Positions 23,497 to 33,623 of a DNA stretch of 64,000 bases are shown piece by piece. The DNA is from Candidatus Sulfomarinibacteraceae bacterium. GTDB lineage: Bacteria > Acidobacteriota > Thermoanaerobaculia > Thermoanaerobaculales > Sulfomarinibacteraceae. Where the stretch lies: positions 800,001-864,000 of the forward strand of contig CAWCLO010000004.1 of the NCBI GenBank assembly GCA_963796455.1, given 5' to 3'. Within the stretch, counting starts at the first letter, position 1. Every line of letters starts with the position of its first letter. The notes under the pieces were generated by a model, which saw nothing but the letters and a program-made list of their open reading frames with translations, had not been told where the DNA came from and ran no database searches. The translations under genes and the position numbers were made by a program.

Positions 23497-25710
23497 TCAG
23501 GTGGTCGGTGTGCCTGCGTTCCGCAATCTCTCGGCGAGCAAGGTGTGCCTGGTGCGGACGGTAGCATTGTGAATTGCCCTGGCAAGCGCCCGTCGCGACC
23601 CGACAATCACCACCAACCGTCGTCCACGGGTAATCGCTGTGTAGAGCAGATTGCGCTGCAACATGACATGGTGCTGGTGGTGGAGAACGATTACCACCGC
23701 GGGATATTCGCTTCCCTGACTTTTGTGAATTGTGCAGGCGTAGGCAGGCACGATGTCCTCGAGTGATTCGGGTGGCACGATGACCCGGCGGCCATCGAAT
23801 TCGGTGGTCAACTGCCGCTCGCGGTGGTCGATGGCGAGGATCCGTCCGAGATCGCCATTGAATATGTCGAGGTCATAATTGTTGCGGACCTGCATGATCT
23901 TGTCGCCGACTTTGAATCGCCGCCAACCAACGACCAGCTCGCGGCTTCCCGGTGTCAACAGCTCCTGCAGACGTTCGTTGAGGCGGGTCACTCCGAGCTC
24001 ACCCCGGTGCATCGGCGCAAGAACCTGGATGTCCCTGATGGGATCGAGCTTGAAGTGTTCAGGGATTCGGGTGGTCACGAACTCGATGGCGAGTTCGGCG
24101 GCCTCGGCGGGATCGTCACGAGCGACAAAATAGAAATCGCTGTCGCCGTCGTCGTTTTCGATCTTCGGCATGCCACCGGAGTTGACCCGGTGAGCATTGT
24201 CGACGATCAGACTGCGCCGGGACTGACGGAAGATGTGTTCGAGCCGGATCACCGGAAGCGAGCCCGATTTGATCAGGTCGGCGAGGACGTTGCCGGGGCC
24301 GACTGAAGGCAACTGATCTGCGTCCCCGACGAACACGAGTCTGCATCCAGCCGGAATTGCCTCCATGAGGGCAGCCGCCAACTCGATGTCGAGCATCGAA
24401 ACCTCGTCGATCACCAGACAGTCTGCGGCGATCGGATTATCGCGGTTGCGGCTGAATTGCCTTGTCTTTGGATTGAATTCGAGCAACCGGTGGATCGTTT
24501 TTGCTGCCAGGCCGGTAGATTCCGTCAGCCGTTTGGCCGCGCGGCCGGTTGGCGCCGCCAGCAGGACACAAAGCTCTTTGCGTCCGAGAATCTGCACGAT
24601 GCCGCGGACCAGGGTCGTCTTGCCGGTGCCGGGGCCACCGGTGATCACGACCATTTTTTCCCGCAAAGCGGCTATCAGGGCTTCTCGCTGGCGGGTGGCG
24701 AGGCGGATATTGGCTTCCCCCTGATACCAGGAGACCGCGGTATTGATGATGATCGGTGCGCAGGCGTCCGGTCGTTCCAGGATGGCCGCGAGTGTGTACG
24801 CGACAAGCTCTTCGGCCTCGGCGAGACGCGGCAGGTAGATCGCAGGGCTTTCGTTCTGCCTCGGATGGATCACGACCATGCGTCTCGCGACGAGTCCTGC
24901 GAGGGCCGACGGGAGTGCTTCGGATGAAATCTCGAGCAGGTTTGCGGCGTTGGCCAGCAGCTCCTCTTCGGGGAGAAAGACGTGGCCCTGACCGGCCGCC
25001 TCCTGCAGTGAGTGGAGGATACCGGCTTCTATGCGTTCCGGGGCGTCGGCGGCGATTCCGAGCTGACGTGCAATACGATCCGCGGTCAGGAATCCGACGC
25101 CGAACACCTCCTCGGCGAGCTGAAAGGGATTGGACCGAACCACTTCCAAAGCCGCGGGGCCGTAGCGGCGAAAGGCCTTGACGGCGATCCCGGGCGCGAC
25201 GCCGTGCCCGGTGAGGAAGATCATCACCTGCTGGATGCCGCGATGTTTCTCCCAGGACTCCCGGATGCCCTCGAGCGTGGCGTTGCCGATGCCGCGAATC
25301 TTCAGGAGCCGCTCGAGGTCGGTGTCGAAAACGTCCAGCGTTTCGAGACCGAAGGCCTCCACGATCTGGGCGGCACGTTTGGGCCCGACGCCGCGGATCT
25401 TTCCCGAACCCAGGAAGCCGCGCAGGCCTTCGAGGGTTGAGGGCGCGATCTGAACATAGGATTCAGCCTCGAACTGCTCGCCGTACCGAGGATGGTTGAC
25501 CCATCGCCCGCTGAGGCGGAGCTGGTCGCCCTGGTGCGCGCCGAGAAGGGGGCCAATCGCCGTCAGCGCCGGTTTGTCGTCGGGTTGAAGCCTTACAACG
25601 CACCAACCGTTCTCTTCGTTGGCGAACAGAACGCGTTCAATCCGGCCTTCAGCCGTCTCTCGCTCCTCTGATCTTGTACCGAGCATCGCTGGAGATTGTA
25701 CGGCAATCAC
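23497..25710 (-). CDS. recD2: ATP-dependent RecD-like DNA helicase RecD2
   Basis: HhH N-terminus, TGGPGTGKTT, AAPTGRAAKRL, DEVSM, GDADQLPSVGPG, TIHKSQGSEY. Confidence 0.93.
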   Translation of the reverse strand: MIAVQSPAMLGTRSEERETAEGRIERVLFANEENGWCVVRLQPDDKPALTAIGPLLGAHQGDQLRLSGRWVNHPRYGEQFEAESYVQIAPSTLEGLRGFLGSGKIRGVGPKRAAQIVEAFGLETLDVFDTDLERLLKIRGIGNATLEGIRESWEKHRGIQQVMIFLTGHGVAPGIAVKAFRRYGPAALEVVRSNPFQLAEEVFGVGFLTADRIARQLGIAADAPERIEAGILHSLQEAAGQGHVFLPEEELLANAANLLEISSEALPSALAGLVARRMVVIHPRQNESPAIYLPRLAEAEELVAYTLAAILERPDACAPIIINTAVSWYQGEANIRLATRQREALIAALREKMVVITGGPGTGKTTLVRGIVQILGRKELCVLLAAPTGRAAKRLTESTGLAAKTIHRLLEFNPKTRQFSRNRDNPIAADCLVIDEVSMLDIELAAALMEAIPAGCRLVFVGDADQLPSVGPGNVLADLIKSGSLPVIRLEHIFRQSRRSLIVDNAHRVNSGGMPKIENDDGDSDFYFVARDDPAEAAELAIEFVTTRIPEHFKLDPIRDIQVLAPMHRGELGVTRLNERLQELLTPGSRELVVGWRRFKVGDKIMQVRNNYDLDIFNGDLGRILAIDHRERQLTTEFDGRRVIVPPESLEDIVPAYACTIHKSQGSEYPAVVIVLHHQHHVMLQRNLLYTAITRGRRLVVIVGSRRALARAIHNATVRTRHTLLAERLRNAGTPTT

Positions 25711-25733
25711 GCAGCTTTGTGGCGTTTTCCGGT

Positions 25734-26327
25734 CTACTCGGTGCCAGCAAAGCCCATCGAGAGTCGAATATTGTGTGCGTTCTCTGCGTCTGTGAGAGCC
25801 TCGAGTAGCGTCAGTGCGACCTCGATGGCGGTTGCAGGTGACGTGGAAGTCACGACATTTCCGTCGCGAACGATTGACTGCGAAGACACCTCGACCCCGA
25901 AATCGGCAAGTTGGCGCATTCGCCGGCCGTCGCCGAGATGATAGGTGGTGGCGCGGCGGCCCTTCAGAACACCCGAGTTGGCGAGCGGGAGCGCACCGAC
26001 GCAGATCGAGGCGATGGGCATCGACCGTTCGTCGAAGGCCCGGATGAGATTCGAGACGCGTTCCGAATAGGCATCGTCGTAGAACCCGTGTTCTTCGAAT
26101 CCACCCGGAACCGCCAGGGCGTCAAAGGATTCCACATCCACCTCGTCGACCAGCACATCGGGGAGGATGCGCAAACCGAAAGTACAGCGGACCTCCCTTT
26201 CGAGCCCGGCGGTCACCACCTCGATCGGTTCCGATCCTTCGGTGGACGCCCAGCCGAGCACGTCGAAGAAGGCAGCCGTTTCGAAGACCTCGGCGCCTTT
26301 TGGTATCAACAACAGCACTCGTTTCAC
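25734..26327 (-). CDS. DJ-1/PfpI family protein
   Basis: ALAVPGG, SICVGA, GRRATTY, VVTSTSP. Confidence 0.88.
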   Translation of the reverse strand: MKRVLLLIPKGAEVFETAAFFDVLGWASTEGSEPIEVVTAGLEREVRCTFGLRILPDVLVDEVDVESFDALAVPGGFEEHGFYDDAYSERVSNLIRAFDERSMPIASICVGALPLANSGVLKGRRATTYHLGDGRRMRQLADFGVEVSSQSIVRDGNVVTSTSPATAIEVALTLLEALTDAENAHNIRLSMGFAGTE

Positions 26328-26355
26328 TGCGAGTCTCCTTGACCTATTACTTGGA

Positions 26356-26889
26356 TCAGCCGTCTTCGGCTCGGCAGTAGTGGAGAGTCACGACGCCGTT
26401 TCCCGAGCGATGTGTTCCGACGAGCTGGAGGGACTGGCGTTTTCCGGGATCGACGAAAAGCGGGATCCCATCGCCGAGAACGACCGGTATGACAGTGATG
26501 ACGAACTCGTCGATCAGATTCTGCGCGCGGAACGAACCGGCCAGTTGGCCGCCGCCAACCAGCCATGCGTGGCTAAAGCCTTCGGCCTCGATTTCGGCAA
26601 GCACCTCCGCCGGTCCCTCGGGGCTGATCGAGATCTCGAGACGGGTGGGCTGTAAGGGACGATCGCTCATCACCCAGCACCGTTTGTCGTCATAGGGCCA
26701 GTCGCCAAAGCCCAGGACCTGTTCATAGGTTGTACTGCCCATGACCATGGCGTCGATCGACGCGAAGAAATCCGCATAGCCGAAATCTTCGCCCTCTACG
26801 CTGACGTCCTCCAACCAATCGAGTCCGCCATCGGGGGTGGCGATAAAGCCATCCAGGCTGCAGGCCACATAGTAGGTCACCGTAATCAT
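26356..26889 (-). CDS. Dihydrofolate reductase family (RibD C-terminal) protein
   Basis: YVACSLDGFIA, MGSTTYE, WLVGGG, IPVVLGDGIPLF. Confidence 0.88.
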   Translation of the reverse strand: MITVTYYVACSLDGFIATPDGGLDWLEDVSVEGEDFGYADFFASIDAMVMGSTTYEQVLGFGDWPYDDKRCWVMSDRPLQPTRLEISISPEGPAEVLAEIEAEGFSHAWLVGGGQLAGSFRAQNLIDEFVITVIPVVLGDGIPLFVDPGKRQSLQLVGTHRSGNGVVTLHYCRAEDG

Positions 26890-27365
26890 GTGCCGTCCTT
26901 AGCCAACATATGTTCCGGCATCTGCACTGTCACCACCTCGCCTCGAGCGCAGAGTTGCCCCTCCGCCGTTACGGTGGCCGACACAATGACCTTTCGTCCG
27001 CGGATTTCTTCGACCTTGCCACGAATCGTCAACGGCACACCGATCGGTGTCGGTCGCAGATAGTCGACCTTCAGTGATGCCGTCACAAAACGAAAGGGTG
27101 GGTCGGAATCCATCTCACGACCGGCGTCACGGTACGACGCCGCGGCGGCGGTCCCGGTACCGTGGCAATCGATGACCGACGCGATCAGACCGCCGTACAC
27201 GTAACCGGGGATCGCCATATGGCAGGGCTCCGGGGTGTAGTGGGCGACCGTCTCGTCGCCGTCCCAGAAACTTTTGAGCTGATGTCCGTGCTCATTGAGC
27301 CGGCCGCAACCATAACAGTGGCTCAGTTCGTCGGGGTAATAATCCTGAAACGCCTTTTCCTTCAT
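26886..27365 (-). CDS. PaaI family thioesterase
   Basis: HCYGCG, GYVYGGLIASVIDCHG, VTASLKVDYLRPTP; start taken at ATG 27365. Confidence 0.85.
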   Translation of the reverse strand: MKEKAFQDYYPDELSHCYGCGRLNEHGHQLKSFWDGDETVAHYTPEPCHMAIPGYVYGGLIASVIDCHGTGTAAAASYRDAGREMDSDPPFRFVTASLKVDYLRPTPIGVPLTIRGKVEEIRGRKVIVSATVTAEGQLCARGEVVTVQMPEHMLAKDGT

Positions 27366-27399
27366 ACGCTGCCTTCCCAAATTTGCGGACGGTCCGAGG

Positions 27400-27783
27400 T
27401 CAATCCTTGACGATGTCGCACACGTGCGACGCGACCAGCTGTAAATTGTTGTGGCGACGCGCGTAAACGTCAAGAAAGCGAAGTTCGTGTTCGAAACTGT
27501 GCTCACCGTATCGACCACGAATCGACGCAGCGCCGCGGACCAGGACGGTGTCGGACCACGATGTACTTTCGATCTCGTGGACGCCGAACGAGTCGAGCTC
27601 CACGCCCCCCGGTCCATAGGCCTCGAGATACATCTCGCGGCCGTGAACCCTGCCCCCGGCATCGCAACCCTGGTAGTCTTCCGCGACGTGTCTTCGCAGC
27701 GGCTCCACGTCGTTTTCCAACATCGCCTGGCGGATCTCTCCGAATATTTCGAGTGCCTGTTTGGTGTTGCTCGAGTCGGTCAT
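27400..27783 (-). CDS. NTF2/DUF4440 family protein
   Basis: SnoaL-like pattern, RFLDVYARR...VASH. Confidence 0.7.
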   Translation of the reverse strand: MTDSSNTKQALEIFGEIRQAMLENDVEPLRRHVAEDYQGCDAGGRVHGREMYLEAYGPGGVELDSFGVHEIESTSWSDTVLVRGAASIRGRYGEHSFEHELRFLDVYARRHNNLQLVASHVCDIVKD

Positions 27784-27837
27784 GAGCGCTCCTTTTGCAT
27801 GACGCCCTTCAGCTTAGCAAGAAGTTGCGTGAGATTC

Positions 27838-28431
27838 TCAGCGTCGCCTGGCGACGATCCACGAGAACCTGTGTCGGATTTCTTTGGCGGCAACGATCTC
27901 GAATCCGGTCTCGTGACACACGCTGCAGAATTCTTCATGATTGAACCGGTCTTCAACAGGGTGCTCGAAAAAGCGCCGCATGATGGGGCCCGCAAGAAAC
28001 CTGGATTGCGGTTCTTCGGCATAGAGCCGGCCGCCGGGTTTGAGCACGCGCGCGATTTCGGAAACGGCGGACCGCCAGCGCGGCACGTGGTGGAGGATGC
28101 CGAAATCAAAGACTGCTTCGTAGCTCGCGTCCGCGAGCGGTAGCGACGTCGCGTCTCCGACCCAGATTGTTGATGCAGCGCAGCTGTTTTTCATCCGGGT
28201 GGACGCCCTCAGAACCATCCGGGGATCCAGATCAAAGGCATCGATCCGGTCGGCCTCGAAATGTCTGCGGATGATCTGGGTTCCCACTCCCTGCCCGCAG
28301 CCGAGTTCGAGTGCCCGGCCGCCCGAAACCTTCCCGCCCATACGCCTCAGGAGCGGTGCCTCGACAAATCTCTGCATCGCGGCCCGAACAGGGTTGTTCA
28401 TCAACAGGTACTCGAGGCGATTCAGGATCAA
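27838..28431 (-). CDS. Class I SAM-dependent methyltransferase
   Basis: LELGCGQG, GDATSLP, ARVLKPGG. Confidence 0.85.
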   Translation of the reverse strand: MILNRLEYLLMNNPVRAAMQRFVEAPLLRRMGGKVSGGRALELGCGQGVGTQIIRRHFEADRIDAFDLDPRMVLRASTRMKNSCAASTIWVGDATSLPLADASYEAVFDFGILHHVPRWRSAVSEIARVLKPGGRLYAEEPQSRFLAGPIMRRFFEHPVEDRFNHEEFCSVCHETGFEIVAAKEIRHRFSWIVARRR

Positions 28432-28502
28432 CGGTGGATTCCAATCATCGGGTCAGAATCGAGGCCTGAACGGTTCGTCGTGCACCGGGGGTGCGGTTCG
28501 GA

Positions 28503-28940
28503 TCATGGATGGCGTTGATAGATCTTGGCGACGATCTTCCAGCCTTCCGGGGTCTTGTAGAGCGAGAGAAAATCGGTGAATACGTGTTTGCCGTCACGGC
28601 TCAATTCAACCTTGACCACCGCAGCATCGCCGCTCCTTCCAACCACCTCGAGGTCCGCCTCGACCTCGTAGATCGTGCGATCGGGGTCCGCGCCGGCCTT
28701 TTCGATTCGAGCTGCCCAATCATCGCGGGTTACGGTCATCAATCCCTCGTCGGCATTCACATACATCACGAATTTCTCGTGGAATCCCGCCCGCATCGCG
28801 GCGGCGTCAGCATTCCGGTGGATGCCGTCGACGTAGGCGGTCTGGACCACATCGACGGGTCCTTCGTCACCAGCGAGAGCCGGAACGGAAGTGAGGAGAA
28901 GAATGGTGACGAACACGGTGAGTTTTTGGTTGCGATTCAT
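28503..28940 (-). CDS. Exported NTF2/lumazine-binding-like protein
   Basis: Signal peptide; FTDFLSLYK...WKIVAKIY. Confidence 0.75.
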   Translation of the reverse strand: MNRNQKLTVFVTILLLTSVPALAGDEGPVDVVQTAYVDGIHRNADAAAMRAGFHEKFVMYVNADEGLMTVTRDDWAARIEKAGADPDRTIYEVEADLEVVGRSGDAAVVKVELSRDGKHVFTDFLSLYKTPEGWKIVAKIYQRHP

Positions 28941-28963
28941 GGAAACCTCCAAGGATCTTGATT

Positions 28964-29407
28964 CTACCGATCCCGCCGGGGATCGATCTGTCTGTACTTT
29001 TCGAGTTGTCGCGATTCGCTGTCCAGTTCGGGCAGTCCGTCGTTGATGTGGATCCACGGCACGTGCTGGTCAAAAAAAACGTGCGCCTGCGGCTCCCGAT
29101 CAACCGGTCCCTCGATACAAGCGGAAGCAATGTGCATTTCCCCGGGGGATAGTTTCGAGGCGTAGAACATTGTCGTCCCGCAGGTCGGGCAGAAGCCCCG
29201 CCGGCTCTGACGGGACGATTGATACCAAGAAACCTGGTTCTCTCCCTTCAAGAGCACGAATTTCTCTTCGGAGACGCCGAGCCACGTGACAAAGGCGGCG
29301 CCGTGGGCCTGCCGGCAGAAGCGGCAATGGCAGTGGACACAGAAGAGAGTCGGCCCTCCGGCCTCGAATTGCACTTCCCCGCACAGGCACTGACCGGTGA
29401 ATTTCAT
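28964..29407 (-). CDS. GFA family protein
   Basis: GQCLCG, CHCRFCR, RGFCPTCG. Confidence 0.88.
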   Translation of the reverse strand: MKFTGQCLCGEVQFEAGGPTLFCVHCHCRFCRQAHGAAFVTWLGVSEEKFVLLKGENQVSWYQSSRQSRRGFCPTCGTTMFYASKLSPGEMHIASACIEGPVDREPQAHVFFDQHVPWIHINDGLPELDSESRQLEKYRQIDPRRDR

Positions 29408-29683
29408 TGTGGTGTGAACTCCTTTCCTGGATACCGGAGAAGCGAGGTTCGGATCAGGTGATCCACTAATGGTTGTCCAAAGAACCGAGCGCGTAGGTGT
29501 CCACGATAAGGCGCAAAGAACGGAGAATGTAGCTGGCCACAAAAATACCCCACGTCGTTCTCACCGAGAGCGTTTTGACAGATTGTCAATTGAGCATACC
29601 CTTTGCAACGGACACTACGGGAAATACGACGACTGCCCCGAAAATGTTCAAAAGGCCTCAACGAATCGAGAATCGAGAATCGA

Positions 29684-30043
29684 TCAGAGCGTTTCGAGAT
29701 CGTGAACCATCCGGTGATCGTCGGCGTCTCCCGTATTGAGGGTCTCAGCCGGCTCGAAGAGAAGGATGTGGACCTCCTCATCAGCCCTCGGACAGTGCTC
29801 GATTCCGCGGGGAACGATGATGAACTCGTCCTTCTCAACGACGACGGTCCGGTCGCGAAACTGCATCTCGAGTGTGCCGTCGAGGACCAGGAAGAGTTCG
29901 TCCTCAGAAACGTGAGAGTGCCAGACGAACTCGCCCTGGAGCTTGGCGAGGCGGACATGTTGCCCGTTGAGCGAGCCGACTATCTTGGGGCTCCAGTGTT
30001 CGCTGAACTGCCCGAGCTTTTCGCGAAGATTGACTTTATCCAT
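29684..30043 (-). CDS. Cupin domain protein
   Basis: EHWSPKIV, GEFVWHSH, EDELF, VPRGIEHCP. Confidence 0.88.
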   Translation of the reverse strand: MDKVNLREKLGQFSEHWSPKIVGSLNGQHVRLAKLQGEFVWHSHVSEDELFLVLDGTLEMQFRDRTVVVEKDEFIIVPRGIEHCPRADEEVHILLFEPAETLNTGDADDHRMVHDLETL

Positions 30044-30260
30044 CGTGTGCCGGGCGAACGGGTGCTGCAAAAAACCGGATGCCGAGGCCGAGGCCGAGCA
30101 CAATGGTGGGGATGACGAACCCCCAGATATTCTGACGAACAAATGTCGGAATGAACGCACCGATGATGACTCCAAACAAAACGCAATAGATCTTCAGAAC
30201 GCCGATGTCCCAGATTCCGAGTGCTCGTGTCCTGCGGTCCGCCCACTGGATCAATTCCAT
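30036..30260 (-). CDS. Small membrane protein
   Basis: SD ggagga; 2 hydrophobic segments. Confidence 0.65.
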   Translation of the reverse strand: MELIQWADRRTRALGIWDIGVLKIYCVLFGVIIGAFIPTFVRQNIWGFVIPTIVLGLGLGIRFFAAPVRPAHDG

Positions 30261-30293
30261 TGTTCCTCCACGAATGTTCGTTGATTTCGCGCC

Positions 30294-31037
30294 TCAATTG
30301 GTCGTTGGAGCACCACGATCTCGGCACCCGGGAGATCTGGCGTCCGGCATACAACCGACGATGCCGTCGATCTCGGCCAGATCCTTGATCGTGAATGTCG
30401 GTTCCGGAAATCCGTTGAGTTCGAGCCCATTCGGGTTGAACCAGCAGGTGTCGATTCCAAATGCCGCACCGCCCGCGATGTCGGAGCTGAGGCTGTCGCC
30501 GATCATCAAGACCTCGGACTTCGAGGGGTTGCCCATTCTGGAAAATGCTTCGACCATGAAGGCCACTTGCGGCTTGGCGACGCCGATCTCGTCCGAAATC
30601 ACCACATCCTCGAAGAAGCCTCGGATGGACGACTGGCTGAATCGGGAACGTTGGACAATAGCAATCCCATTGGTCGCAAGCAGAAGTCGGTGCTTGGTCG
30701 ACAATCGCTTCACCAGATCTTCGGCTCCCGGCAACAACTGTGTCTGTTGTCCCAGGGCCCTCATAAAGGAGAGGTTGAATTGCACCGGATCGAGGTCGAT
30801 GCCGAGCTCGTCGAAGAGGTCTTTGAAGCGGGCTATGCGCAATTCCTCGGAAGAGATCTCTCCGTTTTCGAATTTCCGCCATAAACCGGCGCTGATACCG
30901 GCGTAGGTCTGGTGGATTTCGGCGGAATAGCTGAGATCGTGGCTCCGGGTCGTCTCCATCAGGGCCACCTTTTCGCCGCTGCGGAAATCGAAAAGCGTGC
31001 CGTCAGCGTCAAAGACCAACCACTGATATGGCGGCAT
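30294..31037 (-). CDS. HAD hydrolase, YjjG-like noncanonical pyrimidine nucleotidase
   Basis: FDADGTLFDF, TNG, GVAKP, MIGDSLSSDIAG. Confidence 0.85.
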   Translation of the reverse strand: MPPYQWLVFDADGTLFDFRSGEKVALMETTRSHDLSYSAEIHQTYAGISAGLWRKFENGEISSEELRIARFKDLFDELGIDLDPVQFNLSFMRALGQQTQLLPGAEDLVKRLSTKHRLLLATNGIAIVQRSRFSQSSIRGFFEDVVISDEIGVAKPQVAFMVEAFSRMGNPSKSEVLMIGDSLSSDIAGGAAFGIDTCWFNPNGLELNGFPEPTFTIKDLAEIDGIVGCMPDARSPGCRDRGAPTTN

Positions 31038-31039
31038 CC

Positions 31040-31426
31040 TCAAGCGACCTGATAGATCTGGATGACGTTGCCGCAGGTGTCTTCAAAAGCCGCGACCATC
31101 GTGCCGCCCACATCGGTGGGGTCCATGGTGAACACCACGCCGAGCTCCTTGAGTCTCGCGTGCTCCGCCTCCATGTCGTCGACCTGGAACGCGGTCAGCG
31201 GGATGCCCTCATCGAAGAGCGATTTTTGGTAAGCCGCCGCTCCGGAATGAACGTTCGGCTCGAGAACGAGCTGGGTTCCCTCGGGCTCGTCGCGCGACAC
31301 CACCGTCAACCACCGGAAATCTCCCGCCGGGAGGTCGACAGCTTTGATGAATCCGAGAACCTCGGTATAGAACTCGAGGGCGCGCTCCTGGTCGTTGACG
31401 ATCACACTGTTCAATTTGATTTTCAC
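31040..31426 (-). CDS. VOC/glyoxalase family protein
   Basis: ALEFYTEVLGF, FEDTCGNVIQIYQ. Confidence 0.88.
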   Translation of the reverse strand: MKIKLNSVIVNDQERALEFYTEVLGFIKAVDLPAGDFRWLTVVSRDEPEGTQLVLEPNVHSGAAAYQKSLFDEGIPLTAFQVDDMEAEHARLKELGVVFTMDPTDVGGTMVAAFEDTCGNVIQIYQVA

Positions 31427-31504
31427 TGGTGTCTCCGTTTGAACGGCCGCCGGTCGGTTTTCGCGAAATTCGGGCCCCTGAACTCTGGTGGGGGACGCCT
31501 CACT

Positions 31505-31892
31505 TTACCAGGCCACAATCCTTGGAAACGGTTCACCGCAATGTTCGGTGGTGGCAAGCAAGTGGTATTTTCCGCCCTCTTCGCTGCAGATCGCTTGGGT
31601 CACAAAGGCCTGATCGCCGTCTGCAAACCGGAACACGAAGACAAAGCTGTCGTAACCCACGTCATTCGGTTCAGCCTCGGCCCGAGCATACCTCCGGCGA
31701 CCGACGTGCAGTGTCTCCAGCAGCGTCCACTTATTGTGTTCATTGTCCGGGAATTCGGAGACCCCGATCCTCTGCAACAAATCGGAGATCATGCGATCCC
31801 GCGATAGCTTGAGCTCGCGGGCCAGAGATCCGAGTTCGAGAACCCCGGGGTTCCGATGGTGCTGCTGGTGGCTTTTTCTTTTTGAAAAACAT
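31505..31892 (-). pseudogene. Hypothetical gene with apparent +1 frameshift
   Basis: SD aaggag plus ATG 31892 (MFFKKKKPPAAPSEP); frame switches in gaaccccgggg to GVLELGSLARE... Confidence 0.5.
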
Positions 31893-31893
31893 C

Positions 31894-32154
31894 TCACTCC
31901 TTCGAACTCGAAGGCCTCCAGTCCATTTTCATATAAACGTCGCCCCGGCTCAGTTCGTCCAGCATCTGGAGCAGGCGCTTTTCCCTGGTGGCCGGTCGTT
32001 TGGCGCGCCCGATCCAACCGATGTAATCGTTCTGCTGGTAAGGCGGCCGGCTGCGGTAGGCCTCGAGAAGATGACGTTCTCCGAGCGCGTCCAGCACGAA
32101 ATCCGGCATCGGATGAATCTTTCGTGACAGCTTGGAAAAATCCTCATTGGTCAT
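31894..32154 (-). CDS. YdeI/OmpD-associated family protein
   Basis: RPPYQQNDYIGWI, AKRPATREKRL. Confidence 0.8.
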   Translation of the reverse strand: MTNEDFSKLSRKIHPMPDFVLDALGERHLLEAYRSRPPYQQNDYIGWIGRAKRPATREKRLLQMLDELSRGDVYMKMDWRPSSSKE

Positions 32155-32184
32155 TGTGCCTCCGAAGGGTATATATCGAGCAGT

Positions 32185-32580
32185 TCACTCAAGGTGTTCG
32201 GCATCGGGGGGTGTTGCGACCCAGGAGTGGCGTCTTGCTTCGTAAACGGAGACTCGTGGTGGTGGAAAACCCGGGTCGGCAAAGGCGCCGATAGGTATGG
32301 CCGTAGTGTCGGGCTGCGAGTGCAAACAATAGAACACGGTCGCTCCACAGGAGGGACAGAAGTTGTAGGTGATCTCGTTGCCGCTGTCGGCCACCCGCAG
32401 AAATTGTCGCGACGATCCGTCTACCGTCACCTTCTGGTTGGGAAACCATGCCTGGGCTCCGAATACGCTCCCAGTTCGCTTCTGGCAATCAAGACAGTGA
32501 CACATGGAGATCCGAGCGGGCTCCCCGTGGGCGATCACCGAGAGCCTGCCGCAACTACACGAGGCTTTGCGAGATGTGAT
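32185..32580 (-). CDS. GFA family protein with ATC at the expected start position
   Basis: ITSRKASCSCG, CHCLDCQKRTG, FCPSCG; SD ggaggtga precedes ATC 32580. Confidence 0.75.
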   Translation of the reverse strand: MTSRKASCSCGRLSVIAHGEPARISMCHCLDCQKRTGSVFGAQAWFPNQKVTVDGSSRQFLRVADSGNEITYNFCPSCGATVFYCLHSQPDTTAIPIGAFADPGFPPPRVSVYEARRHSWVATPPDAEHLE

Positions 32581-32627
32581 CCCTCACCTCCATAGAGTAT
32601 TCGCCGTGGTCACGCGTATCGGACCGA

Positions 32628-32990
32628 TCAACTTGCCGGTTGGCTGCCGAGGGCCGAGAGAGTCCACAGTGCAGCCGCCGCATCGATCACCCCGAAGAGA
32701 ATCAGGGCTGATGGAGCGAAGCCGAGAACCACGAATGCGATGAAAAAAGCCAGCACCGAGAGACGGCCATAAGCCGTGGCCCGGAGAAACATGGTCATCT
32801 CGTTGCGCGCCGCGGTGGAGTAATAGTAGCCGAGGATGAGCACCAACATCCCCACCACACGGACCCAGACCTCGTTCGTTTCCGGAATCCGGAACAACGA
32901 GAGGAGAACATTCGGCACGATCACGAGCACCGCCCCGAGGATGAAAAGATAGATCGAAAATACAAAGACGCTGAGTGCGGCTCGACTCAT
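32628..32990 (-). CDS. Four-TM membrane protein
   Basis: SD gggagg; hydrophobic. Confidence 0.7.
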   Translation of the reverse strand: MSRAALSVFVFSIYLFILGAVLVIVPNVLLSLFRIPETNEVWVRVVGMLVLILGYYYSTAARNEMTMFLRATAYGRLSVLAFFIAFVVLGFAPSALILFGVIDAAAALWTLSALGSQPAS

Positions 32991-33134
32991 GAACTACCTC
33001 CCGTGGATTCTCGTTCGAGTATCTCACGACCGGTCGGGTGCATCGACGCGCGCCTTTTTACCGTCGGCTGGCTGAAACGCGGTTGCGGCCAGCAACGAAA
33101 AAAAATGGACTGAAGTGGCTGTTCTCATTTCAGT

Positions 33135-33623
33135 TCAAACCTCTCCCGCGTCGCCTGAAATTTTGGTCGGCCCATCAACAATCCAGATGTTTCCGCATTT
33201 CCGGCAGTGCCAACGGTCGCCCCGGAACTGCCGGAAATACCTGCTCATTGCCAGGAGCGCCATGATGGGGTGTTCGCGTCGGAGCGTCTTGTGCGTGGAG
33301 CCGCACTCGGGGCATTCCTGATGATCTGCGTCTTCACGGTACTCCGGTGGAATGTCGATCTCATGGTCGGTTTCGATCGACTGCAGAAGGAGGCGAGCCT
33401 CCCCGGCCTTGTCACTCCTCACCGCGACGGAGATGCCTCCGGAGTGGCCGGGATTCAACCACGACGTTCCGAGTATTCCACCTTGCTCGATACGCGTTTC
33501 GATACCAGCGGCTTCGAGTCGTCCGGCAGCGAGTTCGGCTTCCAGTGGGCTCGTGAGCTCGGCAATCACCTCGAAATCGGCGACCGTTTCATCGTCAGCA
33601 GGTTTGTATTCTTCAGAACTCAT
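33135..33623 (-). CDS. DUF2007-like domain plus zinc ribbon
   Basis: EAELAAGRLEAAGI; CPECGS...CRKCG. Confidence 0.7.
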   Translation of the reverse strand: MSSEEYKPADDETVADFEVIAELTSPLEAELAAGRLEAAGIETRIEQGGILGTSWLNPGHSGGISVAVRSDKAGEARLLLQSIETDHEIDIPPEYREDADHQECPECGSTHKTLRREHPIMALLAMSRYFRQFRGDRWHCRKCGNIWIVDGPTKISGDAGEV

